Assembly: GCF_006345805.1 (NCBI RefSeq)
Contig: NC_042997.1
Location: 10,788,001 to 10,852,000, forward strand
Reading direction: 5' to 3'
Origin: Octopus sinensis
Lineage: Eukaryota
DNA length: 64,000 nucleotides
Positions within the stretch are counted from its first letter, which is position 1. Each line of letters starts with the position of its first letter. A program made the position numbers and the translations under genes. The notes below the pieces were generated by a model that did not search any database, was not told the DNA's origin, and saw only the letters and a list, made by a program, of their open reading frames with translations. Positions 50,891-64,000 of this stretch are shown piece by piece.

Positions 50891-52742
50891 CATACATACA
50901 TACATACATACATACATACATACATACATACATACACATATATATGTATGTATATACAAATATATATATATATTGATGTTGATATTGATATTTATCCAAA
51001 CAAATGGAGGAATAGAAGAAATGAAGTTAAAAATGTGCAGAGAGAATATATTAGAATTAATTACAATTTAATTATATTTGAAATATAGGAATACACTGTG
51101 CCAGTTTTACATTAGATTTTCAAAAGTGTATAGTATGACCTGGGTCGCGAATTATGACTGTTCTGGTCGTTGTTATAAAAATAGTTTGTTTTTTAAATAG
51201 GAATGCGACTCAGAGCGCCATCCATTAGCGTACAAATGGATTGTTCAACGTTCAAGTATTAAGATTATGTGGCAGTCGTGTAAGAAGGTCGCATAAAAGT
51301 TTTTCTTCATTGAATATGTTATAGGACAATTATAAGAGGAGATATGAATAATTGATACAATAATCGTTTACATAAAAGTGTTATAGATAATTATTGTTTA
51401 TTATTCTATCGAAGAATAATGTTATCAATTAGTGCTAGTCTCTCTCATTGAAGATGTCAAAACATATCCATTTTTTGTTAATAAAGAGTGGGGTAAGATA
51501 ACGAGGTATGTAGTAAAAAAGATAGATTATTGATGATACATGTATTTTGAAGTAAAGACTATTTGCCAACATACAGTGGCTGTCCTGGAAAGGACGGTTG
51601 TTACTGTTGTTTAGCCCCAGGAAACATCGTTTCCAGCTGGCTATACGACACAATATCTGTGTCCTTACATTTTCGAACAGGGCGTCCAGCACCCTCATCC
51701 AGCACTCTCATCCAGCACAAAACAGCATCTGTGGATCGATTTCTGGATTATCGCCCTTTATAAACACAGAGTAGCCTCTTGGTTAAGTGGCGTTGCTGAA
51801 TTCCCGTACGAAAATATATAATTTTCAAAGTGACACACTGTTACTGATCTAATAAATAGGAACATTATTATTTCTAAATCTCTCAGTGACAGATATTCAG
51901 TAACAGTTCTTTAAAGTAAGAACATAATGCGGCTGTCCTGGAAGGGACGATTGTTGCTGTTGTTTAGCCCCGGGAAACATCGTTTCCAGCAAGCTATACG
52001 ATAATGATTAATTTATGGGAAAAGGAAAATTGTGTATTATTGATGTTTTTATAGCCTATTCAGCAGTGACTTGTACTTTTAAATGAACAAACTTTCCTTA
52101 TTAATTTTTGTTTAGTCTGGAGCAATGTCGGCACATTGATAGAGTATGAAGAATAGAAATTTGGGAGTTTTTGGTCTATGCGCATATATTCAGATATTCC
52201 CAAAGTAGAATTTGTCTTATTTTGGGATCACGTATTTGTTGATGATGAATATTTTATCTCATTCTTAAAGTGAGTTTAGTTTGTTTTGAAGGATCAGTTT
52301 TAATCCTTCTGAGATGAATTGTTGATTAATTTGGCCTGGAATTTAATCAAGACATTTTCTTAGCCAAAATGTCATTGCCTTCAATCGGTACTCGTGTAGG
52401 ATTGTAGTATAAAGACTTATTACTTCAAATGAAGCCATTACGGTATCCCTATTAACTTTTTCGGGAGGTGGCTCAGTAGGTTTTGGTCATCCCTTGTGAA
52501 ACTTGGTAAAACTTTCAACAGTATGTCAAGGAAGTTACTAAGCCTGTCAGTTTTACAGGCTGAACCTGTCACAATCGGTCTTAAACTTGAGATCCTTCAG
52601 AAAGGGTGTTTATGCAGACTGAGTGTGATTCTTTGTAGGCATCATTAATTGTTTTAGTTTTTTTACGTGCGTGCGCGCGTGAGTGTATAAGTAAAGGAAT
52701 ATCTACTGCAACTTTTCCAAGAAAGATGAGCTGGGGTATCCT

Positions 52743-53141
52743 AGGAGTGGCTGTGTGGTAAGTAGCCTGTCTGCCAACCACATGGTTCCGGGTTCAGTCC
52801 CACTGCGTGGCACCTTGGGCAAGTGTCTTCTACTATAGCCTCGGGCCGACCAAAGCCTTGTGAGTGGATTTGGTAGACGGAAACTGAAAGAAGCCCGTCG
52901 TATATATGTATAATATATGTATGCGTGTGTGTGTTTTTGTGTCTGTGTTTGTCCTCATAGCATTGCTTGACAACCGATGCTGGTGTGTTTATGTCCCCGT
53001 CACTTAGCGGTTCGGCAAAAGAGACCGAGAGAATAAGTACTGGGCTTACAAAAGAATAAGTTCCGGGGTCGAGTTGCTCGATTAAAGGCGGTGCTTCAGC
53101 ATGGCCGCAGTCAAATGACTGAAACAAGTAAAAGAGTAAAA
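52743..53141 (+). mobile_element. SINE family C, best-preserved copy
   Basis: tRNA-like head (gtggctgtgtggtaagtagc...gggttcagtccc). CORE-like accttgggcaagtgtc. Internal TA/TG repeat. LINE-like 3' end and (AAAGAGT) tail. Confidence 0.92.
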
Positions 53142-54329
53142 GTGTATTATGCTACTTTCAGAGGCATTTTGATTCCATATGAAGCGGATGTTTGGACACA
53201 TCTTTTATACATCTTTAATCCGAGATACAATATTTAATTCTTACTATTAAAATAACTAATGAACATGATATTACCAGTCCGCCTATAAATGCCCCTACTC
53301 CTACAACTGTTGCGGCTACTACTACCACCACCACCAGTAGTAATAATAGTAAGAAAGAGGAGGAGGAGGAGGTGGTGGTGGTGGTGGTGGTGGAGGTGGA
53401 GGAGGAGGACGACGACGATGATGATTCTGTCTCAGTTCAGAATAGTTCAATGTATTTAAATATTCTCTTTCGCTTGGCCCAATGGTCGTAATTTGGACTA
53501 ATGATATTGTATGCAGGAATTTAAGGACTCGGTATAAATTCTTACTCACTAATGTTAGACAATTATTTGCTTGTAGTATAATAATATATATCATATCTCC
53601 AAAGTTGAAAACTTTCTTACGTTTCCCAGCCCTGCCACCTATATCCGAAATCTTGATAAAGATTGTAGTAAAAAAAAAATAAAAAGTAGTGATAGTGATA
53701 CTAATAGTAAAATTGGTAGTGAAATTGATCGTAAAAATGGTTGTGTTAGTAAAAATAATAATAATAATAATAACAGTGGAAGTAGTAGTGATGAAGATGG
53801 TACCTTTTTTAAGAAAATATAAAGTTTGGGTTAAATAAAATAATTGTACTGCACCATTATCTTTCACTGAATATGATGAGTATAACCTCTCTATTACTTA
53901 ATCATAACTGTAAAGACTATTAGAACATAAGAACATCAAGAAATATCTAAACTTTACTTACAGTGTATATAAATTACGTCTCAGGCTTGAAACAATAATA
54001 AATTTTAAAATGCATCTTAAACAAATAATACAAAATAGTTGCAAATAATAAGTTTCATATCTGAAACCATAGCATTGTGCATGATATTAATCATCGCTTT
54101 ACACGTGATTTATAAACCTAAATCTTTTTTTTTTTATTTAATTACAATTAGAATTTTTCCAGTTAAATACAGGTGAAATTATCCTCGTCTTTTTCTCGAA
54201 TCTACCAATCACTTTTTTAACGTATTTGTATTTATTCTCAAAATTCTTTGCACGCTGAACAGTCATTCTACGCAATTAAGATAATATTTATCTGCTAGTG
54301 TTGACCTTAGCTAGAGATTTACACTTCTA

Positions 54330-56210
54330 GCATTACTGAAGAACCTTTTCGCTATGTCGATTATTCTGGATAATGTCAGGGCAATAAGAACAATAGCTCG
54401 TCGAACAGAAGGAAATAAATCAGTGAGTTTGAGAAAGCCCTGAAGTGTATCTTCACATCCATCAATTTGTTTCTCCTTTCAGACCACATTTCAAATCAAT
54501 TGACTGTTTCAGCTTCTAAGTTTTCAGTTTCATATAGTTTAATGAGCTTTGCAATCACTGTCACGGGTTCTTCCTTTGTAAGCTTTACCATCGGTAATGG
54601 ATGCAGTGAATAGAGACTAACGGTTTGTTTATTTTCAGCAGCAAATCAGCAAAGTAAGAATGATATGATGAAATGTAATATGAAACATAGAGTGATCTAT
54701 GAAAATATCTTTCAAAAGTTGAGTCTCTAGCATTGAAATGGAATTCTACTCAATATTCAATTTATCATAGAACACACTTAGACGTTTTGGTGAGTGATTA
54801 ACACTTTTTCGTCGTTGAAGATTTGGAGAGCTTTGGTTAGATTCCAATCGTACTGAATAGGTTTAAATTATAATCATTTAGACGAGACAAATTCTTAAAT
54901 CTGAGTTTCGCGTTTTACGTGAAGCAGAAATTGCTAGTATACATAGCTGATCAAAGATCTTTTCACAGATATCGAAAAAATTCTAATACTTTTTTTATAT
55001 TTTGCACTTCAGTATGTTTCATTTTGTAGTAGCACACATGAAATAAGACATCTTTTCTGTGAACTCTCACGAAAAACATTAATTATAACTGTGACTGTAT
55101 CTCTAGTATTTCTTATTTCAAAAACCACATTAAAGTCATTCACATAAAATTTAGCTTATGCGTAGAGTAATAAACAAATGCAACTTTTGGATATCTGCTC
55201 AATTTTATCTACATTCCACCTTCCTTTCGTGCCTTTATAGAGCAACCATCATATCCTTGACTAATTAATATTTTTAGATTTATTTCATATTTTATAGACT
55301 GATCAATTATTGCTTTGGCAATATGCTCAACATACAAATCACTTATTGTTGCAATACCACAAAATTCCTCTTGAATCAGAAGTAATTGTGTCAACAAACC
55401 ATATACCGAGCGACAAGTGTTTCTTCCTAAATATATCAGAATTCAGCGATTACTGGAAATCCTGAAGACACATCGACCACAAAAACAATATCCTTCTTTA
55501 TATCTTCCCAAAATATGAACAGTTCATTTTCCATGTGACCAATGCATAACGAGCAACTGAAGAGCTTTCAAAATAATTCTATTGGATCTTATGTACTGCT
55601 TCAATGCAGAAACGATACAGATTTGTGTGTTTCCAGTTGTGATTTTTCTCGTGTAAAATTATGTCATTAGTTGCTCGTAGTAGAATGGTAAAGAATATTG
55701 GAAAAATTTCCTTCAATTTTCCTATACCATTCTTTTCACAATACTATCAAGCTGATACACAATACGCTTGTCTGGTTTGCTTCTCATAGTAATAGAATTT
55801 GTTGCATACACTTGAGCATCTCTGTACAATTTGTTTGATATATACCTCTTGCTATCAGAAAGATATTATGCTTTATAAAAGGTGTGGTGACAAAGACACT
55901 TTGTAATACAGTATGAACAGTTAGTCAATGGCAAAATTCTGCAATGTTTTCAGAATTCTCATTTCATATGTGAAGAAATATTAAGTTGTAGTAAATGTTT
56001 ACTTCTACACATAACGAAATCTGTGTGGTCATTTCGCAACTTTTTAAATTCACGAATTGCTGGAGCTGTATAAAAGGTCACAAGAAGATCTGGTAATTTT
56101 TTTTTTTTTTTTTAGGAATTATCATACAACCCGATACCATGACCACTAGCGAAACTAAAGTATGCATGTTGGCTACAATCAGCTCTTAAATCTGTCATGG
56201 ATCTAATATT
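54330..56210 (-). mobile_element. hAT-superfamily transposase remnant
   Basis: IQEEFCGI...IAKAII...NLKILISQGYDGCS (hAT QGYDGA motif), followed by decayed HxLNL and IRN...IINVFRES-like segments. Heavily mutated. Confidence 0.6.
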
Positions 56211-56329
56211 TCGATTTTCTTCGGGTTCATTTTTAACTTTTCCTTATTTTACTATTTTGAGTTTCACTTTCAATCTAATTTCCCTACTTTATAATGCCCA
56301 TTTCTGAAAAGCAAGTTTAGCTTAAGATC

Positions 56330-56700
56330 AAATCTAGATTAACCAGCAAGCCTGTAATGCAAAATCACAATAACGTAAAAGTAACAACCTTCATCTAATA
56401 TCACGGTATAATATCATTTTCATCTAAAATCACAGCAATGTGAAACTGTAGCTTGATCTAAAATTTCATAGCACTTGTTTCATCATCAATTAAGCTCACT
56501 TTAATATAAAAATAACAACTTGATACTAAATCACAATTTCGTGATATTAGCATGAATATTATGCAACGAAATGTAAAGATTGCAATTAAATCGTAAGTCA
56601 CCTCGGTATAAAATCATAATACTATGAAATAAAATTTTGATACTAAACCCCTGTACAGCAGCAAAAGTAACATCAATATTTTTCACTAATACGACAATAC
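56330..56700. repeat. Degenerate ~35-bp minisatellite
   Basis: Recurring (t/g)atctaa(a)atcac / gatactaaatcac units at about 35-bp spacing. Confidence 0.45.
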
Positions 56701-57086
56701 CTTATAGTATTATGTTTCATAACAAGGTAATTAACCGAATCCAAAACACAAAAGGGATTTGTCTTGTCACAATGGAGTCTTGTGCTGAACAGGAGTGAAT
56801 TGTTTTCAACTAGTGGATTGGTCAGCTGTACATGAACTGATATGACCTAAGATCATAATAATACGTGTACTATAAAACATCCTAAGTTACCGTTATTTTC
56901 AGTGACCTCTTGATTACAGCTTCTTTAGTTAGAGTGATACATAGCTCTCATTCTGTTACTTCAAGTGAAGAACACTATTTTTAGAGTCTTAGTTATAAAG
57001 CTCCAACTTTTTATCCTGCACCATGTTCTCAGTAAGATGATTCCGACAGGGGGTGACTCATTTGTCCCTATAAAGGAGCCATTCCT

Positions 57087-57449
<363 letters not shown>

Positions 57450-57859
57450 CAAAAAAGAAAATAGTGTTTCAGTGAAAGAATGTGTGAGATATGGAGTGAC
57501 AAGAGCACAAAAATAATTAGAAAAGCCTTAAAGAAAAATACAAGTGTTGAGTGAACTGATAGCTATTTGGCTCCAGTTTCTATTTTCACTTTCACTTGCT
57601 ACAAACCCAAACCTCTTGATGAAGAAACGATTCTCTGAAGTACTCCCACACGACTTATCTATCTATCTATCTACACTTATAGTTCTTAAGAGCTTTGTCA
57701 ATTCTACGATTGTTGAGGCCATACCATCTTTCTACGCAGCTGAAATCTTCTTTCAAGAGAGTGAATGTAAAAAAAAAAAAGCCAGCGTCATTTGCCTGCT
57801 ATTATAAGCAGAACCATATATTTTATACCTTTCAGCAGATTTTTTTCCATTAGGAATGG

Positions 57860-57910
<51 letters not shown>

Positions 57911-58132
57911 CGTGTATGTGTGCGTGTGCGTATGTGCGTAAACACATTAGCAAGAAAGTAATGATGTATATATACAACAGAGTGAACAGTAACGATTTTT
58001 CCCCATCACAATAAATGCAATAAAACTAGCTACTATTTTCCTTTTTTACTGAAAATAATTTTGTTTTTCATACATACACATAACTATATGTGTGTATGTA
58101 TCAATATATATATGGGTATATATATATATGAT

Positions 58133-58208
<76 letters not shown>

Positions 58209-58494
58209 GACATCATATATATATATGTATGTATGTATTTGTTAATGTTTTCAATGGCAGACAATATACTGTTCTATGATTATCATCTGCTACAACATTC
58301 TATGTTGAATACTATTTACAAAAAAACATTTTATTTCAAGAAAGTTAGCGAAATTAAGTCTTCACTTTTAAGAGAAGAGATATATCATTCTATTCCAAAT
58401 GAAATAGTTTTGATTGTAACAGTAATTGTTATTATTTACTGAGAAGTAAATTCGACAAAATAGAATTAGCTATCCGAAGTTTTGTGGAAATATT

Positions 58495-58495
58495 T

Positions 58496-58527
<32 letters not shown>

Positions 58528-58620
58528 ATTATTATTATTATTAATGATTGTGGTAGAATCATTAGCACGTCGAGCAAAATGCTTAGCAGCATTTCAGGCC
58601 TTGTACCTATAGTAGAAAGG

Positions 58621-58661
<41 letters not shown>

Positions 58662-58699
58662 CATCATCATCATCATCATCATAATCATCATCATCATCA

Positions 58700-58733
<34 letters not shown>

Positions 58734-58770
58734 CATCATCATCATCATATCATCATCATCATCATTATTA

Positions 58771-58801
<31 letters not shown>

Positions 58802-58890
58802 CATCATCATCATATCATCATCATCATTATTATTATTATTATTATTATTATCATCATCGTTGTTGTTTCTGTTATTATTGTTGTTGTTGA
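58495..58890. repeat. (ATT)n/(CAT)n tract containing a 70-bp mini-SINE A (58551-58620)
   Basis: Direct reading. The SINE head is fused to the SINE tail. Confidence 0.85.
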
Positions 58891-59887
58891 TATTATTCTT
58901 GCTGTTTTTTATAAATGCACACACACACACACACACACACACGCGTTAGGTTAAAGAAAGAATATAATTCGTTGCCAATGACGGAATAATTAATATTGAT
59001 CAGAATTTTTGTTTACTTCTTCGTCATAACGGAATTATTTCCGTTTAGAGTATAAGATTTACAGTACAGGCGAAACATCGATTTCTATAGTCTGGAAAAC
59101 GGTTGTAAACAATGATAATTAATAGCTAATTCAATCTATTCTTTTTTTTTGCTTAAAGATTTCCTCCTATTTTGGTTCACACAAACATATATATGTCCAA
59201 ATTACAGATATTGTATATGTTTATGTATGAGTGTGAATTAATAACTGAATGTGTGTGTGTATTAGTTTGTTACTTCTTCCTTGGAAATATTTTCCCATTT
59301 AACTTTCTTGGTTGCTTGATGAAATGAAGTCCTATAAACTTCTATGTATGCGATATAAATTCTGGTGTAGCGATGCAAAAATCAACACGTCATAAGGTAT
59401 TTATGAATTTATCAAATAACTACCAACTACACAAAAGCCCAATTTACAGTTAATTAGGATATTTGCAAATTTTAGAGAGTTTTAAACGTATTACTAAGTG
59501 CATGCCGAATTATTCATAGTAGTTTCCGGGTAAATTAGAAAAAAGTTATTACATAATTAGTATGAATAGAAACATGTTGCTCAAACTGTTATGAAAAGTA
59601 GTATAGGCTTCATACTATGTGACTATAACATCTGTGAGAAGAAATAAATACCATGTTTAAGAGGTATGAGATAAATATAAGCCTACTTAATACATAATGA
59701 GTGTATCGTCTCTGTAACGACGATGTATTACAAGCTACGGTTCTTTTGTTTTTTAAATACGTCATCTACGATCATTTTATTGTTGATCAGACACTTACTC
59801 ATGCCTTCACACATTACAAAGCATTAAATTTGCCCATTACTAAACACGTATACACAGATACACGCATAAAAGCAAAGTGTAATATAG

Positions 59888-59934
<47 letters not shown>

Positions 59935-60218
59935 CACAAAGAGTAAAAGTATAGGTGATGGTAACTAACTCTTACATAATGATTTCAAAATTTAATATTT
60001 TTTTTTGTTTTTGGGGGTTTTTTGGCTGGGTCCCTCTATAGATGAAAAAAAGATTAGTTCGAAATGCCTTTCTAGAAAATTTATTTGCAACAAAATGAAA
60101 GGCTCTTTCTTTGCTGCTTTGAGCTAAGTTAAGCAACAAATCTATGAATTATTAGCCATCCAAGCAGGTAAAGACAGAGACCGCTCGATCGATCGATAGA
60201 TAGATCGATCGATCGATC

Positions 60219-60343
<125 letters not shown>

Positions 60344-61979
60344 TGTGGGTGTTAGGATAAATCGAACAAAAAATAATAACGAATATTATAGGGTAGATAC
60401 CACTTTATCACTTGTTTTGATGATTTTTAATGCAAGGAGGATTTTTATTGATATTGTGTCATAAAATAACAGTTTAAAGAATGTGTTCAAAGTTTAAAGC
60501 ATAAAGTCAATTGACTGAAGAGAGATTAAAGAAAAATATTGTGTACGATGCTTGCAAAACATAAACTTACAATTCATCTGGTATCTGAATCCAACTCAGA
60601 AAATAACAAAAGAAAATATTTTGAGTTCGAGGAACTAGTAATGAACTGCGTGAGTAAAAAATCGAAACAGTTAACAAATGCTATAAAATAAAAGTTCCTG
60701 TCCCTTAAGGAGAAATACGTGCTGATAGTTTAGGAAGAGCCCTTTCTTGGGATCCTACACAGTAAAGCACCTTTGCAGCTATAGAATGTACACAAACCAC
60801 ACCTACAGGCGATTTGCATAGACACCTAAAATATTTCAACGACACATCATTAGAACAACACCTTCCCAGAAGATTATACCTGCTACTCAATCAAGATTGT
60901 TCTTATACATTACACCACGATTACATGTCTGAGTATGTGTTACGTGTTTCTCAGGTCGACGCAGGTAATATGTACCTGATGTAGTTGATATTTGAACGCC
61001 CTACTCGTTCTATTACAGCAGAACATATTCTGCCTTTATAAATATAAAGACAAAATTTGTTCTGAAGTAACTTCAATGGAAAGAATGGTAGGAAAGAAAG
61101 GTGTATAAATGCATATACATACATCAGTCTAAGCACTAATTATTGGTGTGAATACTTACTAAATATCTAAGTTTGAATTTTGAACAAAAATATAATGGTG
61201 TGGACTTATCCACTAGGTGCGATAACGTTTCTGGAGATTGCCAATGAAAGAGCTTCTATGCAGTTGTACGACCTACTAAAAATAATAGCAGTGTCTCTCT
61301 CAAATCATACTCTGCAGTCTTGAAAAAAAAAAAAAGAAGAGAGTATATATTAGATAATATAGTTAGTCTGAGGTAAACATTTTGAAAGACAAGTCACTGC
61401 TAGAATGTTTTTGATGCAGGTCATTTGAGTGAATAAGCAAATAGTGACAATAGATAATTCTAGTTATGGATCAACTTGTTCGAATGATCAAGCCTAACGG
61501 CGCCAGCTGGTCTATATTCAATAGGATTTGACAATTTAGCGATGTCAGATAGCTTTGAGAAAGAATAGAGTGGAACATGTATCTGCTGCTCTACGTGGCG
61601 TAATAAACGGCCTGGGTGCATTAACGTTATCATGTGGAAGCATGTGCCTGCTGAATCAGGTTACTGGTGGGGTGTGTCGTGCAGAACCGTATGGGGTGGT
61701 ATTTGTAGTTTGGTAGAGCGGTAAGAGGTACCTGTGTAGGGGAAGGAGTAAGTGTGTGCGTGCGTGAGTAAGTGCATTTTCCAGCCCTTCTTTCACTCAC
61801 TTAGGATGTTCATAACCTCTCTTTCACAGCCTAAACAATGATGTTTTAAGATATGCGAAAAGATACGATTGAGTAACACGCATCCTGAACACATACATGT
61901 AATAAAAGCGCCCGTGGAACGCTTTTACTGCTAGCTTTTTGTGGACAGTTTATTTCATCAATACCAAACTGCCTGCCTC

Positions 61980-61980
61980 T

Positions 61981-62070
<90 letters not shown>

Positions 62071-62084
62071 ATATGCGTGTTTGT

Positions 62085-62158
<74 letters not shown>

Positions 62159-62215
62159 GAATGGAAAATGGATGGATGGATGGATGGATGGATGGATGGA
62201 TGGATGGACGGATGG
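61980..62215. repeat. (TG)n/(AGAT)n/(GGAT)n compound microsatellite
   Basis: Direct reading. Confidence 0.95.
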
Positions 62216-64000
62216 ACAGATGTTTGCTTATGCACATACAAAAATATCAACATACTTTAGATTTAGTTTCCTGAGTTCACAGCTCTTGAGGCTGATATAT
62301 TCTTGCGAAGCGAAATATGCAGAGAATTTTAACCTAAGATTCGTATAAGGATAAATTAGTGTTAAAAAGATGTGAAATATTACTATTGTTTTAACCGGAT
62401 GGGCCGTCGACAAACTGAGTGTCGCATTAATTACAATGCAAATTTGTAATATAATCATTGAATAAAAAATATTCTTTTTTATGATCATCCCAAGAAAAGA
62501 GAAAGCTTTCAATCCATTAAATTTTATTCAATATGTAATCTAATCTTGACTTTGGCGAATTTATTACCGGAAGCCAACAGGAAATTGGTTGCCAACTTGT
62601 CAATAGAGCAGAATATAAGGGTGATCCCTTTCAACTTTATAGAAATTTGCCACCAAGATGCATTCCTTGTTGATAATATTATAGTAAAATTAAAGTCTGC
62701 CTTTATCGCATGAATTTGGTTTTAGGAGAATAGAAAATTGTTGGCCTCCAGAGACTCAAGTGCCTCATAAAGAATTCAAAAGCATGAACCTTCAAAAAAA
62801 AGAAGAAAAGAAAATATTTGTCTGTAGACTGAGTAACACGCATCCTGAACACGTATAATACAAATGTTATTATTTGATATCGAGTCTAAGCAATAAAATG
62901 CATATTTTATTGATTTTATTCTCTTCTTATTATGTGCGTTAATTCAGTTTTGCAGCCTTAATATCAACTTTCGAGAATGTGATGCAGTGAATAAATGACA
63001 TCTGCACAGAATTTGAACCTGTTCTACTATTCTTCAAACAACTATAAACGCAAAAATGTGTCAAATTTTCTCAGAGAATTACATTAACCCTTAGGTCTTC
63101 CCACCAGTATTCAATGCGTGGACATTTTCCGCAAGACTTTCTTCACAAGTGCCAGCAATAAACGTAGAATGATCTGTTGATCCCGTAAAGGATCAATAGC
63201 CTTTTCGAGCAATAGATATTTCATCTTATAAATGAACTACACGGCATATATGTGTGTGTGTGCGTAAGTGTGTGTGTGCGCATGTATGTGTGATGTGTGT
63301 GCGTGTGTGTAATGTGTGTGTGCATATGTGTGAGCGTATGTATGGATATAAATATTTATATAAATGCATACATATGTCTTCTTATATAGAGAAAGAAAGA
63401 GACACTCACGCACATCTACATACATGCACACATACTCAAACACACACACATATATACATACACATACATACATACATACATACATATATACATACATACA
63501 TACATTCATATTTACATACATACATATTAAACTTAAACTGAAAGAGAATAATGTTAACAACGGAAGTTATATTGTAATCACACATTTGCAACTAATAATT
63601 GGGAATATATTTTTTGTGCAGAATATTGATTGGAATCTAGATATTTTGCACGCATGTGCTCTATATTTAGACTTCACTTTCATTATCTAATCACCAACAA
63701 AGATCTGTTCTTGAGCAAAAAAAAAATCTTTTTCAGCGGCGACTATATTGGAAGTTAATTGAATGAGTTCAGTGTCAACTCTCCAGAAACTATGGAGTTA
63801 TTTTTGAGTTACTATCAGATAATCTAAAGAAAGCAAACTAGCTAGGCAGCATTTCTATTTGTCCGACTAAACAACGCTTTTGTAATTAAAATCTTTGAAA
63901 TACCAGTGTAGTTTGTAGTTTCAGAAGCAATCATATTTGACACAGCATTATCGTATGGTTATTTGGTCAACTTTCTCCATACCTCCTAAAGGAATAGACT

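Noticed and set aside
53322-53867. 181-aa minus-strand ORF with poly-P
   Set aside because: It is built from trinucleotide repeats at both ends and has no recognisable domain.

Overview
Eukaryotic, AT-rich, microsatellite-dense genomic DNA. The SINE families and repeat landscape look like an octopod cephalopod (Octopus-like); this is an inference from recognition, not a database search. The window is mostly intronic or intergenic and is a layered transposon graveyard. It holds four tRNA-derived SINE families (about 25 copies) and several Penelope-like element (PLE) remnants, with RT and GIY-YIG motifs and minimal hammerhead ribozyme (HHR) motifs. It also holds a CR1/L2-type LINE 3' end with a foldback palindrome, an RTE-like RT remnant and a zinc-knuckle ORF1/gag remnant. 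DNA-transposon and other elements include mariner and maT (DD37D) remnants, a hAT remnant, a non-autonomous Helitron, a long-TIR MITE and a 1.09-kb solo LTR. No host gene is confidently identified; a few minus-strand segments look like real exons of an unrecognised gene. Nearly all ORFs in the supplied track are translated microsatellites. The most interesting item is a tRNA-headed, SINE-like element that carries a near-canonical minimal hammerhead ribozyme and is inserted as a PLE-style head-to-head inverted pair (43087-43642).
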